This document shows positions 38,183 through 53,400 of a DNA stretch of 64,000 bases, in pieces; the first letter of the stretch is position 1; every line of letters starts with the position of its first letter. A program made the position numbers and the translations under genes. Source of the stretch: Octopus vulgaris (taxonomy: Eukaryota). Under the pieces are notes generated by a model. That model searched no databases. It was not told the DNA's origin and saw nothing but the letters and a program-made list of their open reading frames with translations. The stretch is taken from contig OX597820.1 in the NCBI GenBank assembly GCA_951406725.2, forward strand, positions 4,402,001 to 4,466,000, given 5' to 3'.

Positions 38183-41100
38183 GCGTGTGTGTGTTTGTGT
38201 TTGTCCCCCTAGCATTGCTTGACAACCGTTGCTGGTGTGTTTACGTCCCTGTTACTTAGCAGTTCGGCAAAAGAGACCGATAGAATAAGTACCGGGGTCG
38301 ATTTGCTCGACTAAAGGCGGTGCTCCAGCATGGCTGCAGTCAAATGACTGAAACAAGTAAAAGAGTAAAAGAGAGAGTATACCAGAACAAAGAAGCGGTC
38401 AGTTTTTAATCATTTTGATTTTAATTCTTATTTTGAAGAGTTTTTTTAAACAAACATAAATACTAATTAATAATAATAAATTACATAATAAAGAATTATC
38501 TAAAATACTAACTGCCTCCTTTATCCTCAAGATATATACATATATAGTTCATGTGTATGTATCCGACCACTGAATACCGAAGGCCCAGTATTCGGCTACC
38601 CCACTCCGTCTATTCTGAAAGACTCCAAAATCAAGTGGCAAGACGCGCGTGGAAAGTTACAAGGGAGATAACTCACGAATGTTTGTAATTGAAATTCCCA
38701 ACTTGTGTAAGAAACTCTCACGAGTTTCTGAACAGCAGAAGGTCTTCAGAGAAGAAGCCCTGCTCGGGTAGGTGTTTTGCCCCTTAATTTCTTACATTCT
38801 AAGGGGTCCAGGCCATGACTCTTGGCTGCACTTCTGTTGATTCCTTTTTAGCCACTTGGGTATTGGAGACCTGTGCATTTAAACTGTTTGGAGGTTTCAT
38901 CCAGTCGGAACTGCTCCCTGTTGACTCCGTTTCCAAAGAAATAACGTTGGTTGTCATGGTAGCAGTGAAACGTCAACGCTATGACAACGACTCCTTCAGT
39001 ACCGAAATACAAAAACATTGCCTTCAAAAGGCATCGAGGTTGTTTTGATTCTGCCTCAACCAGACCCAGCTGGAGCAATTCTCTGCTCTCTCTGATATTT
39101 CCTTTAGGGCTTTGGTCTTGTTGTTCTTTCAAGAGAGTTGTTTCGTAACATCACAAGCAGATTTCCCACAAAACCTTTCGCTCCAACCTCTTTGGCACAA
39201 ACCTTCGCTTAGAAGCTGACATGACCATCACAACTTCCTATTTCTTGTCTTAACCTTTGTGATTCTCCATTTAATAGTTAATAATACTTTTCTGGAGGTA
39301 ATGTTGTAGTAGTGGCAGCAGCCACAGTAGTAGTAGTAGTAGTAGTAGTAGTAAAAGCAGTAGAAGTAGTTGTTCTAGAGCCTTCAGGTCAGCCCTCATG
39401 GAGCAGATATGATAAAAGACAATCCGACCTTGACCATCCCATCTTTTATTCAGGCATAATGTTTGAAGCATCACAATATCAAAGGAGGTTGTCTTTCAGC
39501 TTAGACAGTAGAGTTTGATTTGAGGGAGATTTGGCTGCTATTTTCAACAGGTCAGGTTATATTTTTAAGGTGAGTCTTTCAATTCTAAATGATAAATCGA
39601 ATTTGACCAATATCTGATTCCATTTATTACAATTTGGTCTTTTATGATGTAAATTCCACAAGAATATTCTGGAGACAGGAACAATCTTTTTTGAATGTTC
39701 ACAACAGAAAGTTTGGACAATTAAGCTTTCAAAGACAATAAAAATCTAATAAAACCAATATTCTTTCTTGCATTGCTTCTCTTTAATAAACCTCACTACC
39801 TCAGCGTTCATTATATTTAACACAACCTGTTCACTACAGTTAATAAAGTGTTGTTCACTAGATTTAATACAATACTGTTCAATGTATTTAACACAATATT
39901 GTTCACTAGATTTAATACATTACTAAACTGTTTAGTATAGTTAATACCACACTGTTCATGGTATTTAATAGAACAGTGTTCACTATGGAGTAAAGATTGT
40001 TTGCCAACATAACATGGCAGTCCTGGTTTAGGACGAATGTTGCTGTAATTTAGCCCCAGGAGACATCGTATCTAGCTGGCTATACGACACAATCTGTGTC
40101 ATATTTTCGAACAAGGAAATCTAGGACACAGATTGTGTTGTATAGCCAGCTGGATACGATGTCTCCTGGGGCTAAATTACAGCAACATTCGTCCTAAACC
40201 AGGACTGCCATGTTATGTTGGCAAACAATCTTTACTCCATAGAACTGTTGCTGAATATCTCTTGTTGTGAGATTCACAAATAGTAATTTTCTAGTGTTCA
40301 CTATTTCTAACACAACACTGTTTGCTAAATTTTATTCCACATTACCACATTTACGAGTTTTGCTACAACTCTGAGACAAAATTTTCATCTATAATTTTTC
40401 AAATTTCCTCATTCTAAACTCCTCTCCGATTCTATCTCACCTCTAATCTTCATTCAGCCACCACCACCACCACCACCACCGCCACCACCACCATCGCCGC
40501 CGCCACCGCCGCCACCACCACCACCACCACCACAACCACCACCACCACCACCGCCACCGCCACCACACATACAAACGGTCCTTTATTGTCATTTTCGTTC
40601 TCTCGTCCCCAATGCTTTCATTCCGTTTCCTTCCATGCAACCAGTCTTACCGTATAAGCTTTACTTTTGCTGCTAAGAACTTTGGAAATGCCAAAGTCTC
40701 CGATTTTGACAATCTGTTTCTTTTTGTCCAGGAGTATGTTCTGTGTTTTGAGGTCTCGGTGAAGAATTTGTTTGGAGTCAACATGTTGAAGAGACAACAG
40801 CATCTGAGCAAAGTAATGCAGGATGACCTGTGGGAATGAAAAATAAAAGAGAAATAGATCTACAGACATTTTGCCATCATCATTTCACGCTTGTCTTCCA
40901 GGGGTTTGATGGATTGAGAGGGGCCGGCAACCCAGAGGCTTTGACATGGTTTCTACAGTTGAGTGTCCTTCCTAATGCCGACCACCTTCCAGAGTGGACT
41001 GGGTGCCTTTATCTGGCACTGGCACCAGTGAGTTTACCACGTAACTTACAAGACAAGACTCCACTCAGTTGGAGAAGGGGTGGGGGGTGGGACAGTCTTG

Positions 41101-42808
41101 AGGGTGGTGGCTTAGTGTTGGGTGATGAGAGGTTAGAATGTGATGGAGGGACGGGGACAGGTGGCTTGCTGTAGGGATCATACATGGTTATCCGAGTTGG
41201 AAAAGACAGAGGATGGTGGAGAAGATGTGTCAGGGCACACCCTCAAGTTAGAGGAAGCTGAAAATACAAAAAGTGATGATAATGATGATGATAATGATTA
41301 TGAAGATGATGATGATGATTATGAAGATGATGATACAGAAGTTTATTCAGGGTGAGTGGGTACAATTTACATAAATTTGGTTTTCTGGTCAGAGAATAAA
41401 CTGGTTCTCACTGTGACATGAAGGTCATCATTGGTGACTTCCTGTAGTGGAGATGACCTTAGTTAATGAGATAACTAAGGTTAATGAAGCATGCCCACTA
41501 ATTAACTGAAGAATCAGTTGTCTGTCTCTTGTTATAACACAGTATTTATGTTGAATACAATGAAACAAAGCTGCTCTAGTCCTACTACTTGTCAATAGGT
41601 ACCATGAGGTAGTGTTGTTTATCACAGCAAGGGATGGGGATGGGGGGGGGCAACCATTTCAAAGGTTTTTGTTTAACCCCAGGTCAGTCTTGTGATCACT
41701 TTACCACTGACCATCTCATCTTCCTTTGGGGAACTAGGACTACATTATCCTTTCTTAAAATGGGAAAGTGTGGTTTGAAGGAGATCTGACTGCCATTTCT
41801 AGCGAGTCAAGCAGCCATGTAGAATGTCTCTCTTTGGTGGTCTTGTAGTGCTGAGTTCAAATCTAGCGTAAGCATAATTTGGGAAAAGCTTCCTTGCTCA
41901 AGAAGCTCTGACAGCCCGAGACACTCTTCAGTGGGATGGTGTCTTTTCTAGTCTAGGCACAAGGCCTGAAATTTTTGGCGAGGGGACCAGTCAATTAGAT
42001 TGACCCCAGTACACAACTGGTACTTAATTTATCAACCCTGAAAGGATGAAAGGAAAAGTTGACCATGGTAGAATTTGAACTCAGAACATGCCGGACCCCC
42101 CTGGCACCTGTGCAGGTGGCATGTAAAAAGCACCCACTACACTCGCGGAGTGGTTGGCGTTAGGAAGTACATCCAGCTGTAGAAACTCTGTCAGATCAGA
42201 CTGGAGCCTGGTGCAGCCTTCTGGCTTCCCAGATCCCAGTCGAACCGTCCAACCCATGCTAGCATGGAAAGCGGACGTTAAACGATGATGATGATGATGA
42301 TGATGATGAACATAAAGATAGACATAATACCGTTAAGCGTTTCGCCTGGTGTGCTAACCATTCTGCCAGCTTGTTGCCTTAGAAAGATGGTGTGTGAGCA
42401 ATACAAGAAGTTCAATTAGCAGTGACCACCACTAAATGTATCCAGTTAATACTAAGGGGCTGCATGCGTGTGTGTGTGTGTGTGTGTGTGTGGCAGGGGG
42501 GGGGGGGGCGATAATAACTGGAACAGGGGAAAGTTAGGGAATCTCAGCAACAAGAGTTCAAAGCTTCTGTTCTACCAAAACAGTCAAGTATATTGTTCTA
42601 CCAGATCATCATCATCATCATCATCATCATTGTTGTTGTTTAATGTCCATTTTTCTTGCTGGCATTGGTTGGATGGTTTGACATGGAGCTAGCCAGCCGG
42701 GGAGCTGTCCAGATTCCAACTGTCTGGTTTGGCATGGCTCCTACAACTGGATGCCGTTCCTAAGACCAACCACTTTACAGAGTGTATTGGGTGCTTTTTA
42801 TGTGCCAC

Positions 42809-42851
<43 letters not shown>

Positions 42852-45800
42852 AAGAGAGGGAGAGAGAGACGGAGAGAGAGAGGGAGAGAGAGAGAGGGGG
42901 AGAGGGAGAGAGAGAGAAAGAGAGGGAGAGAGAGAGAGGGAGAGAGAGAGAAAGAGAGGGAGAGAGAGAGAGAGGGAGAGAGAGAGGGAGAGTGTGTGTT
43001 CTGTCAGACAATGAATCAAGCAATCATTGATGTCGTTGATAATGAAGACTGGCAGATTCCTGTGCAGGTGGCAAGCAAAGAAACACCGTTTTGACCTGCT
43101 GTGCTTGAGGAGATCCATTGAGTCAAGGACACCAACATCAAAGATCAATGGAAACTGCAGTTGTGGAATCTGTGTCGGTGGCACGTAAAAAGCACCATCC
43201 GAATGTGGTCGATGCCAGCGCCGCCTAGACTGGCTTCCGTGCTGATGGCACGTAAAAAGCATCATCCGAACGTGGCCGATGCCAGCGCTGCCTAGACTGG
43301 CTTCCGTGCCAGTGACACGTAAAAAGCACCAATCTGATCATGGCCATTGCCAGCCTCGCCTGGCACCTGTGCTGGTGGCACGTAAAAAGCACCCACTACA
43401 CTCACGGAGTGGTTGGTTTTTAGGAAGGGCATCCAGCTGTAGAAACACTGCCAGATCAGACTGGGTCTAGTGCAGCCTTCTGGCTTCCCAGATCCCGGTC
43501 AAACCATCCAACCTGTGCTAGCATGGAGAACGGACGTTAAACGATGATGATGATGATGATGATGATGTTTGAGCTGATTCGAGATGTTTATGTAGTTGCA
43601 AGTAGACGTGGGCACCTTCTCAGCCCTTCGATATTGCTGACCCAGTGGGACATCAAAGTGCTGATAGTCTGAGAGACAGAGGGGTGCTCCAGTAGCTGGG
43701 CAAACTGAAGTAATGGAAATGAAGTACCTTGCTCAAGGACACAATGAAATGCCTGGTCAAGGAACGGAACTCATGTCCATATGATAACAAACCCAACACT
43801 CAACAACAAGGCCATATGCCTTCACACACTGTTCTATTAGATAGGCAGAGATACCATCAGATTCACGCAGTCCATGTTAATATGAGAAGACAAACACTTT
43901 TATAAATTACAAGGAAAAGTTAAAAACAGAAATACTGACCTCTTCATCCAAAAGTTGTCCATTACGGCTCTGTAATAATTCAAACAATGTCCCACCTTTA
44001 AAAGAACAAAGAAACAAATCAGTAAGACAGTCTCTTTCTTTATTCTCCCATACTATTTTAAACATTCACCTTTCAATGTCAGCATGTGATGTATATTTTA
44101 TAAGAGTACTAGCAGTATCGCTCGGTGTTGCTCGGGTTTGTAAGGGAAATAACTATATAAGCATTTTTAGAGAGTTATAGCCAAAAAATAGCAAAAAAAT
44201 GCATTAAAAATGGAAAACAAATGATGGTAAATTTTTTTAAAAATCGTTGACTCATCGTAGACATTTTTAGAGAGTTACTTCCCTTATATAATAGCAAAAA
44301 AATGCATTCAAATGGAAAAAAATGATGGTAAATTATTTTTAAAATCGTAGACTCATCGTAGGCATGCGCTAATACCCAGAAGGGCTCGATATGAATCACG
44401 ACTATAAGATACCCAGTTTTGGTTAAACTGCACCGCAAAATGTGGGAGTAGTTAGGAATCTAAATCGTAGGAGACAGACACACAACCTCACTTTTATATA
44501 TAAAGATTATAAGAGTACATTTTATAAGAGCATTTGTTCTTACAGCTGGATATCTTTTGTGACAATGGGCCTTAAGGATAACCCTTAACTCCTCTATAAT
44601 CTTCTACATGCTAACTAGATATTTCATATCAGCCATAACTAGATCAACATATACATATATCTCCTCATATACAATGGTCTCATACCAAATGCTGTCCTAT
44701 GCACACACGTAGGTAGACATGGACACTGGCTATGTAACATGTACACACACACAAACAAATGCAAATGAAACATGCATAGACACACACGAAATTTACTCAC
44801 AAGAGCAGTGATCATGTGACACACAGATACACATATTCTAAAAACTTATGTGGGCAAAGAAGACCGTCACTAGTTTGCAACTGGTGGCAAACCTTGATCA
44901 GACAAGAATCCGTCAATGACAATGGTCTGTCATTGACAACAGTCCATCACTGAAGACAGTGGTTCATCAATGACGAGGGGCTGCTTCTGAAGTGATGAAT
45001 GGCAGTAAAAAGAATCTGACAAAGAGATTAAGTGATGAAATATTTCATCATCATTTAACGTCCACTTTCAATGCTAGCATGGGTTGGACGATCATGGGTT
45101 GGACAAAGCATGGGTTGGACGATCAAATAATCAATTAGTTAACTGTTAAATTACTTAATGAGATGATTAACAACAGAACCAGTGTGTGTGTCTTCGTTGG
45201 TTAATGACCTACCCAAACATATTTTTAATAAAGAAATGTAAAATGATTTTCTTTTATTAGTTTCAATCAATGATTTGCGACCATGCTGGAGCCATTCTTT
45301 CAAGGGTTTAAGTTGATCATAAGTGGCCAATTTGCAGAGACCTTAGAACATTGGATAGAATACCTTGTGGTAATTGCTTTGTCAATCTCTGTACTCTGAG
45401 TTCAATTCCCAGAGAGGCCAACTTAACCTTACATTGTTCGATATTGTCTCCAGTCCTAGGACTCATAGGGGCCAATTACCCAGTTTCTAGGCCCCGTAAA
45501 TGACTGAGATCACAATACTCTTCCCAAACAGGATGCCAGGCTGTTGCAGGGTCACTCCTTTACAGCTGAGTGAACTGAGGCAATGTGAAATGAAGTGCTT
45601 TGCTCAAGAACACAATGCATCACCTGATCCAGGAATTGAAACCATGATTTTCTCACCACGAGAGCAACACCCTAACCGCTGGGCCATACACATTTACTGT
45701 CTTTTTAGGGTTGATAAAACAAAATAGTACAAATCCAGGTTTGTTGAATTGGTGCAAGTCTTTGAGTGTCAGGTACTATCAGGCTGTTTGTGTTCTGACA

Positions 45801-48800
45801 GTAATGTCTGTGACTCCACCGGTCCATGTCTTTGACAATATCAGTAGTGTGGTGCTGGTGGTGGTAATAATGGAGGTGGGGCACTTACGTACCTGGACAG
45901 CTGATAGTCCTCCTTTAAAAAACATTTCCCAGGTCTGTACACCGAAGCATAGAAATATATGATGAGGGCCCTCACTAGTATGCCAAACCCCTTATTTCAG
46001 ACTGGTGATTTCTTTCCATCAATCTTCATTTACTTGGAATCGAAATTGAACCAATCCTATGACTGGCACCCGGCAGTTGCCAGGACCCCTGGACTGGTGG
46101 TACATAAAAAGCACTATCCGAATCGTGGTCGATGCCAGTGCCACCTCGACTGGCTTCCGTGCCGGTGGCACGTAAAAAGCACCATCTGAATCGTGGCCGA
46201 TGCCAGTGCCGCCTTGACTGGATTCCGTCATGTAAAATTCACCAATCCGATCGTGGCCGTTGCCAGCCTCACCTGGCACCTGTGCAGGTGGCATGTAAAA
46301 AGCATCCACTACACTCACGGAGTGGTTGGCGTTAGGAAGGGCATCCAGCTGTAGAAACATTGCCAGATAAGACCGGAGCCTGGTGCAGCCTTCTAGCTTC
46401 CCAGATCCCCGGTCGAACCATCCAACCCATGCTAGCATGGAAAGCAGACGTTAAACAACGATGATGATGATGAATCTTCATTTACTGAATGGCTAAGTTA
46501 GCTTCTGATACATAGGGCACCACCCGACAACACTGCTTGTGCACATGAGTGTGTGTATATACACAAACACACACATACTTCTGAGTCTGCCAGCCCATAG
46601 CTTAAGGCTCATACTTTGTTCATTGGCCCTGGAGGAATGTATGATTAAGTTGACCCCCAACACAAATTGAACTCAGAATGTAGGAACCAGAATATATATC
46701 AGAATGCATTTTGTCAGGGACTTTAACACTTATGACCAATGTCCAAGCTAATGTAGTAGGAAGAGATATATGTACCCCGACCCCCACCCCTTACCTGGCT
46801 CTACACACCTTGCTTCACAATGTCATAAATTGGTTTCAAATTTTAGCACAAGGCCAGCAATTTCGAGGGTAGATGTCAAGTTGATTACCTCAACCCCTAT
46901 GTTCAAAAGGTAAGTATATTATCGATCCTGGAAGGAGGAAAGTCAAAGTGGATGGACTCTGGCAACATTTGAACTATAAAGAAATGCTGTTAGGTCCTTT
47001 TTTTCTGGTGCAGCAACAATTCTGCCAGTTCGCCACCTTATCACAATGTCATACATTCGGGTCACTAAGGGTGAGTTGGGAAATTTCTGAGAAGCACGAT
47101 AAAAAAGCTGAGATTACAGTTATTGGTTTGTTATCTAAAAGTGGGAAAGGTGCAATGGTAAAGTAGATACTCGTTGCATGTTTTGGGCTTCTAATCTCAT
47201 GTTACAAGTTTTTTATCTTTTAAAACTGAACTGAGTTGTTCTGGGGGAAAGGACACTTGTGTTTCGTACTTCACTTATCTGCCCATTATCAGTGAATGAG
47301 CCAGAGGAGCATAAACCTCATGATTAATTAACCAGATTTTTTATGATTTCAACATTTGAAAGCGTCAATCTGGTTTCTTTTACAGGTTCCCTTCAAAAGT
47401 GGATGTAGATAGACATGGTTGTGTCTTCAACTTTGTAACAGCTTGGAACTGGGTTTGATTCTATGCACGGTGTCATAGGTCACGTATGCTACCATAGACC
47501 CATCTGGTGACTAATGCTTTAGAAGTGAAATCTGGTGACTGGCTCCCATGCCAGTGGCATGCCAGTGGCATGTAAAAAGCACCCACTACACTCTCGGAGT
47601 GGCTGGTATTAGAAAGGGCATCCAGCTGTAGAAACATTGCCAGATCAGATTGGAGCCTGGTGCAGCCTCCTGGCTTGCCAGACCCCGGTCGAACCGTCCA
47701 ACCCATGCTAGCATGGAAAGCGGACATTAAACGATGATGATGATAATGAAACTGTCCAAGCACCCAGAACACTCTGTAAAGTGGTTGGCATAAGGAAGAG
47801 AATCAAGCCTTAAGGACCATGTCAAAACAGACATTGACAGAACTTTCACCTCATTCAAAGCTGTCTGTCTTTCATCTTTAGTCATCTGTTCCACTGGGAT
47901 TTGTTTAATGATTAATAATTTCTTGTCACTCAAGCGGCGGCAAAGATAAACAGTTCTGGAATTAATTAGGATCGAATTTTCATAAATATCCACTTTTTAA
48001 CAAGAAAATAACAATTTTGGGAAAAATCAAATAAAAACAAGGAAAAGTATGTGTTTGTATACATCATCATCATCATCATCATCATCACCACCACCCCGTT
48101 CACCCAGAACTAGCAGCAGCACCGCCACCACCATCGCCACTACCACTACCAAATAAAACTGCAGTCCAACCCATGCCTGTCTGGAACATAGATGTTAAAT
48201 ATATATATATATAAAGCTTGTGGTCCACCAGTTCCTGTCAAACAGTCAAACCCATGCCAGCACTGGAAACAGACATTAGATTATGATGATGTGTCTACGT
48301 GTGTGTGTGTCTTTGGCCAATGTATTTCAGCAACAGATAGACACATTGGTGAGGAAACCATTAAATTAGCACATTCCAACAGAAACATCCTATTTTGCTT
48401 AGTCTCCCCAAGTTGCACAGGGACCCCTTGATGATTTTCGCTTTAACACATACAGAAGACCAGGGACGAACCAATTGGGAAACTGTAATAAACAGCAATA
48501 CTGCTCATACACAATATTATCATCAACATCATAGTTTTAATGTCCCCTTTTTCATTCTCGTGTAGATCAGAGAATGTTTATTGCTTCAGATTTTCTACAG
48601 CCAGAAACCCTTTTTTGCTACCAACCTTCATCCGTCTTCAAGCAGGGTGACATTTCCCCATGGCCAGACATGTTTTTGCACAATGTTGAAAATGAATGAC
48701 ACTGCTTGTATGTCAGTGACACTCACTTAGGACTATCAAGGAATGTCAAGATACAACACACACACACATTCACTGTTTCCCATCATATATACACATATAT

Positions 48801-49626
48801 ATCTCAAGGTAGCAAGCTGGCAGAAGTGTTAGCATGCCAGGCAAAACGTTTAGTAGCATTTTGCGTATGTATCATCATCGTCATCATCATCATTATATAT
48901 ATATTATTTATATTACTATATATATTTGTTTTGTTTTTTTTCTTTTCTCCAGTAAGTTTATATATATATATATATATATATATAGACATGCACACACAAC
49001 AAGCTTCTTTCAGTTTCCTTTTAACAAATCCACTCCCAAAACGTTGGTTAGCCTGCGACTATAGCAGAAGAGACTTTCCCAAAGTGTCATGCATTGAGAT
49101 TGAGCCCAGGACCCTGCGGTTGGGAATCAGACTTGTCGACCAAATACTCACATCAGTGACAATGGAAGGGATCTAAAATATACAAACCTTGTGCGTATTC
49201 CATGACAATCATTAAAGCTTTGTCTTCTAGAAAGTTCTCGTAATATTTGATGATGAAAGGGTTGTTTAGCATCGACAGAACTTTCACCTCATTCAAAGCT
49301 GTCTGTCTTTCATCTTTAGTCATCTGTTCCACTGGGATTTGTTTAATGATTAATAATTTCTTGTCACTCAAGCGGCGGCAAAGATAAACAGTTCTGGAAT
49401 TAATTAGGATCGAATTTTCATAAATATCCACTTTTAACAAGAAAATAACAATTTTGGGAAAAATCAAATAAAAACAAGGAAAAGTATGTTTTTGTATACA
49501 TCATCATCATCATCATCATCATCACCCCGTTCACCCAGAACTAGCAGCAGCACCGCCACCACCATCGCCACTACCACTACCAAATAAAACTGCAGTCCAA
49601 CCCATGTCTGCCTGGAACATAGATGT

Positions 49627-49665
<39 letters not shown>

Positions 49666-50409
49666 TTTGAGTGTAAGCGTCCTGAGAGAAATGTTGGGCA
49701 TAAGAAGCATTGGATGCAGCATGCAGGAGAGACGATTGCGTTGGTTTGGTCATGTACTATGGATGGATGAGGAGAGATGTGTGAAGAAGTGCCACTCCCA
49801 AACTGTTGAAGGAATCCGGGGTAGAGGTAGACCTAGGAAGACATGGGACGAGGTGGTCAAGCATGACCTTCATACTTTGAGTCTCACACAGGCTATAACG
49901 AAAGACAGAGACCTCTGGAGATGTGCTGTGACTTTGAAGACCCAACAAATGAAGTGAGTTCATGGCTCACAGGACGGCCTGCTGTGCTTACCTTGGATCG
50001 TAGGGCAACCTGCTGTTCTTGAGGAGACCTACTGAGTCAAGTACATCAACATCAAAATAAAAATTCAAATGGAAATTGTAATTAAGACACCCGTGCTGGT
50101 GACATGTAAAAAGAACAGTCCGAATGTGGCAGATGCCAGCGCCGCCTGACTGGTGTCCGTGTCGGTGACATGTAAAAGCACCAACCGATCGTGGCCGTTT
50201 AACAGCCTGCTCTGGCCCTTGTGCCAGTGGCATGTAAAAAACACCCACTACACTCATGGAGTGGTTGGCGTTAGGAAGGGCATCCAGCTGTAGAAACTGC
50301 CAAATCAGACTAGAGCCTGGTGCAGCCTCCATGGCTTCCAGACCCCAGTCAAACCGTCCAACCCATGCTAGCATGGAAAACAGATGTTAAATGATGATGA
50401 TGATGATGA

Positions 50410-50453
<44 letters not shown>

Positions 50454-53400
50454 ATATATATATTGCGCTGTTATAGTCATGTGGTGAGAATGGATGAGGA
50501 TATCTGTGTGATCATTGTACACTAAACTCTGCTTGCAAAGACCTGTTGAGGCAAGTGAAACAGAAATCGAAATCAAATTTGATGACTGGCATCTGTGCTA
50601 GTGGAGCACTAAGAGCACCATCCAAGCATAATCGTTGCCAGAGCAGCAAACTGGCTTCCGTGCTGGTGGCACGTAAAAAGCACCATTTGAGCATGATTGT
50701 TACCAGTGTCGCCTTACTGGCACTTGTGCCGGTGGCACGTGAAAAACATTCGAGCAAGGTCATTGCCAGTGCTGCTGGACTGGCTCCTGTGCAGGTGGCA
50801 CGTAAAAAACACCATTTGAGCATGGCTGTTGCCAGAACCGCCTGACTGGCCTTTGTGCTGGTGGCACGTAAAAGCACCCACTACACTCACGGAGTGGTTG
50901 GCGTTAGGAAGGGCATCCAGCTGTAGAAACTCTGGCAGATCAAGATTGGAGCCTGGTGCAGCCATCTGGTTTGCCAGTCCTCAGTCAAATATCCAACCCA
51001 TGCTAGCATGGAAAACGGACGTTAAACGATGATGATGATGATTACCTGCCACCCAGTTTGAAATAAAGGTGCAACTCATTTTTGCCAGGTGAGTGAAGTG
51101 GAACAAGGTGAAATAAAGTGTCTTGCTAAAGGACATAATGCAATGCTGAGAATTGCACTCATGACTTTACTGTTGAGAGCCAAATAGTCTAACCATTCAC
51201 ATTCTCTAAAGAAGCCCAGCCATGTTGAGTCTGAAGTATTTGATTGCCAAATATTTCATGGTCCCTCCAGGCCTGTTTCTTTTGTGTCAGGAAGTGTTTC
51301 TTTCTATGTTTCTCAACTAACTTAAAGTGGCGATGGTGATGGCGTGGGTTGAGTAGCAGGACCAAGAGATTGGGTAGTTCAGGCCATTTGCATTCATGTC
51401 AGGTTGATTAAGGTTCAAGATAGTAAATCTTCCTTACTATCAGCGACGTAGACCAAGGTACTTAAATGTCACAGATCTCTTTTGAGCCGTGTACCATCAG
51501 TGAAGCAAATTGACTGATGGAATTCATGTTCGTTGGTGACCATCTCCTCAGGTTTCTTTGGATTCAAAAACAGCAGCTTTGGCTGCAGCATTCTCAAAGA
51601 GATGCTAACAAGATTTGTGCAACACGTATTTAAAATGATTATCAGTAGAGTCTGAGCGGAGGCGCAATGGCCCAGTGGTTAGGGCAGCGGACTTGCGGTC
51701 AGAGGATCGCGGTTTTGATTCCCAGACTGGGCATTGTGAGTGTTTATTGAGCGAAAACACCTAAAAGCTCCACGAGGCTCCGGCAGAGGGTGCTGGCGAC
51801 CCTGTTGTACTCTTTCACCCCAACTTTCTCTCACTCTTTCTTCCTGTTTCTTGAATAACGTTGCGATGGACTAGCGTCCCGTCCAGCTGGGGGGAACATG
51901 TACGCCACAGAAACCGGGAAACCAGGCCCATGAGCCTGGCTAGGCTTGAAAAGGGTGTATGAAAAAATAGTCTGAGTAATACAGATACAGTTACTGACCC
52001 TCTGTAGAAGCTACAACACTTTACATTCTGATTTCGAATCTTACAAAGGGAAAATTTCCCTCCGTCTTCTGATGGAAGGGCATCAATAAAATAAAATGCC
52101 GTGGATTTGAAAATGAATCGTTGGACAGGAGTGCTGATACCACGATGAGATCCCTGTCGTTTCACAGGATCGGTCAGGTAACCAATCGATGAGCAACAAA
52201 CCATCTAGAACCTTCTAATGAGTCACATAAAAGATGAGTTCTTGGCAGCAAATTCTGAGTGTTGAGGCAGTTGCCATAACGATCCATTCTCGTTTTTCAT
52301 TCACCAGCCATGCAAATGGAAGGTACAGGTTTTGCCATCGTGAATTTAGAGCGATTACTTTCCCAGTTGTGATGGGTGAATCACAGATAGATAGACATCA
52401 GCTATATTTTGTTGTAGACCCAAGTCGTATGTCTCCTGGTGTGTATTAACTGTCACTTTAGTTTTAAATCCGAAGATCAACACAGAAGACACAAATAAAC
52501 AGTAAACAATGCTTCTGTTTATTGTTCTTCAGTGTCGTAAATAATTTTTAGTTGCAGCTCTAGAAAGACATTTTCGTTCAAACATCAATGAACAATGACA
52601 TAATACACGTCAAGGAGGCGCAATGGCCCAGTGGTTAGGGCAGCGGACTCGCGGTCGTAGGATCGCGGTTTCGATTCCCAGATCGGGCGTTGTGAGTGTT
52701 TATTGAGCGAAAACACCTAAAAGCTCCACGCAGCTCCGGCAACGATGGTGGTGATCCCTGCTGTACTCTTTCACCACAACTTTCTCTCACTCTTTCTTCC
52801 TGTTTCTGTTGTACCTGCATTTCAAAAGGCCGGCCTTGTCACTCTCTGTGTCACGCTGAATATCCCCGAGAACTACGTTAAGGGTACACGTGTCTGTGGA
52901 GTGCTCAGCCACTTACACGTAAATTTCACGAGCAGGCTGTTCCGTTGATCGGATCAACCGGAACCTTCGTCGTCGTAACCGACGGAGTGCTTCCATCCAA
53001 AACATGTCAAAAGTCCGAGTGGATTACAGGGATTGATTTATATACTTGTAATACCTCCTGAGTGTGTATGAAATGATAGAATAAGAACTGTACTCCACAT
53101 TGGAAGACTGCTGACTGGTGAATTGGCGGAATGATACGCATGGCACAGAAAATAACACAGTATTTATCCTGGCTCTGTGATCATCCTGAGTTCAAATCCT
53201 GTCAACGGCAACGTTACCTTTCTTCCCGCCGGTCGACAAATAAAGCACCAATAAAGGGCAATGTATGACCAGGTGTCTTATAGTATCAGTTCCAACAACT
53301 TGTACTCAAACAGCAACACTATTTGATACTAAGCCGTATTGGTGCTTGCTTTTCCTTCGAACAACATCGGTGATGTAGGAGACTGAAACAGATGGGCAAC

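Noticed and set aside
38695-38740. Fifth hammerhead (minus strand CTGAAGA...GAAACTCGTG)
   Set aside because: Stem II barely pairs and the cleavage-site base would be G; chance or too decayed to call.
52614-52690. tRNA gene
   Set aside because: The tRNA-like head continues into a SINE body present three times in the window; no proper acceptor stem or terminator.
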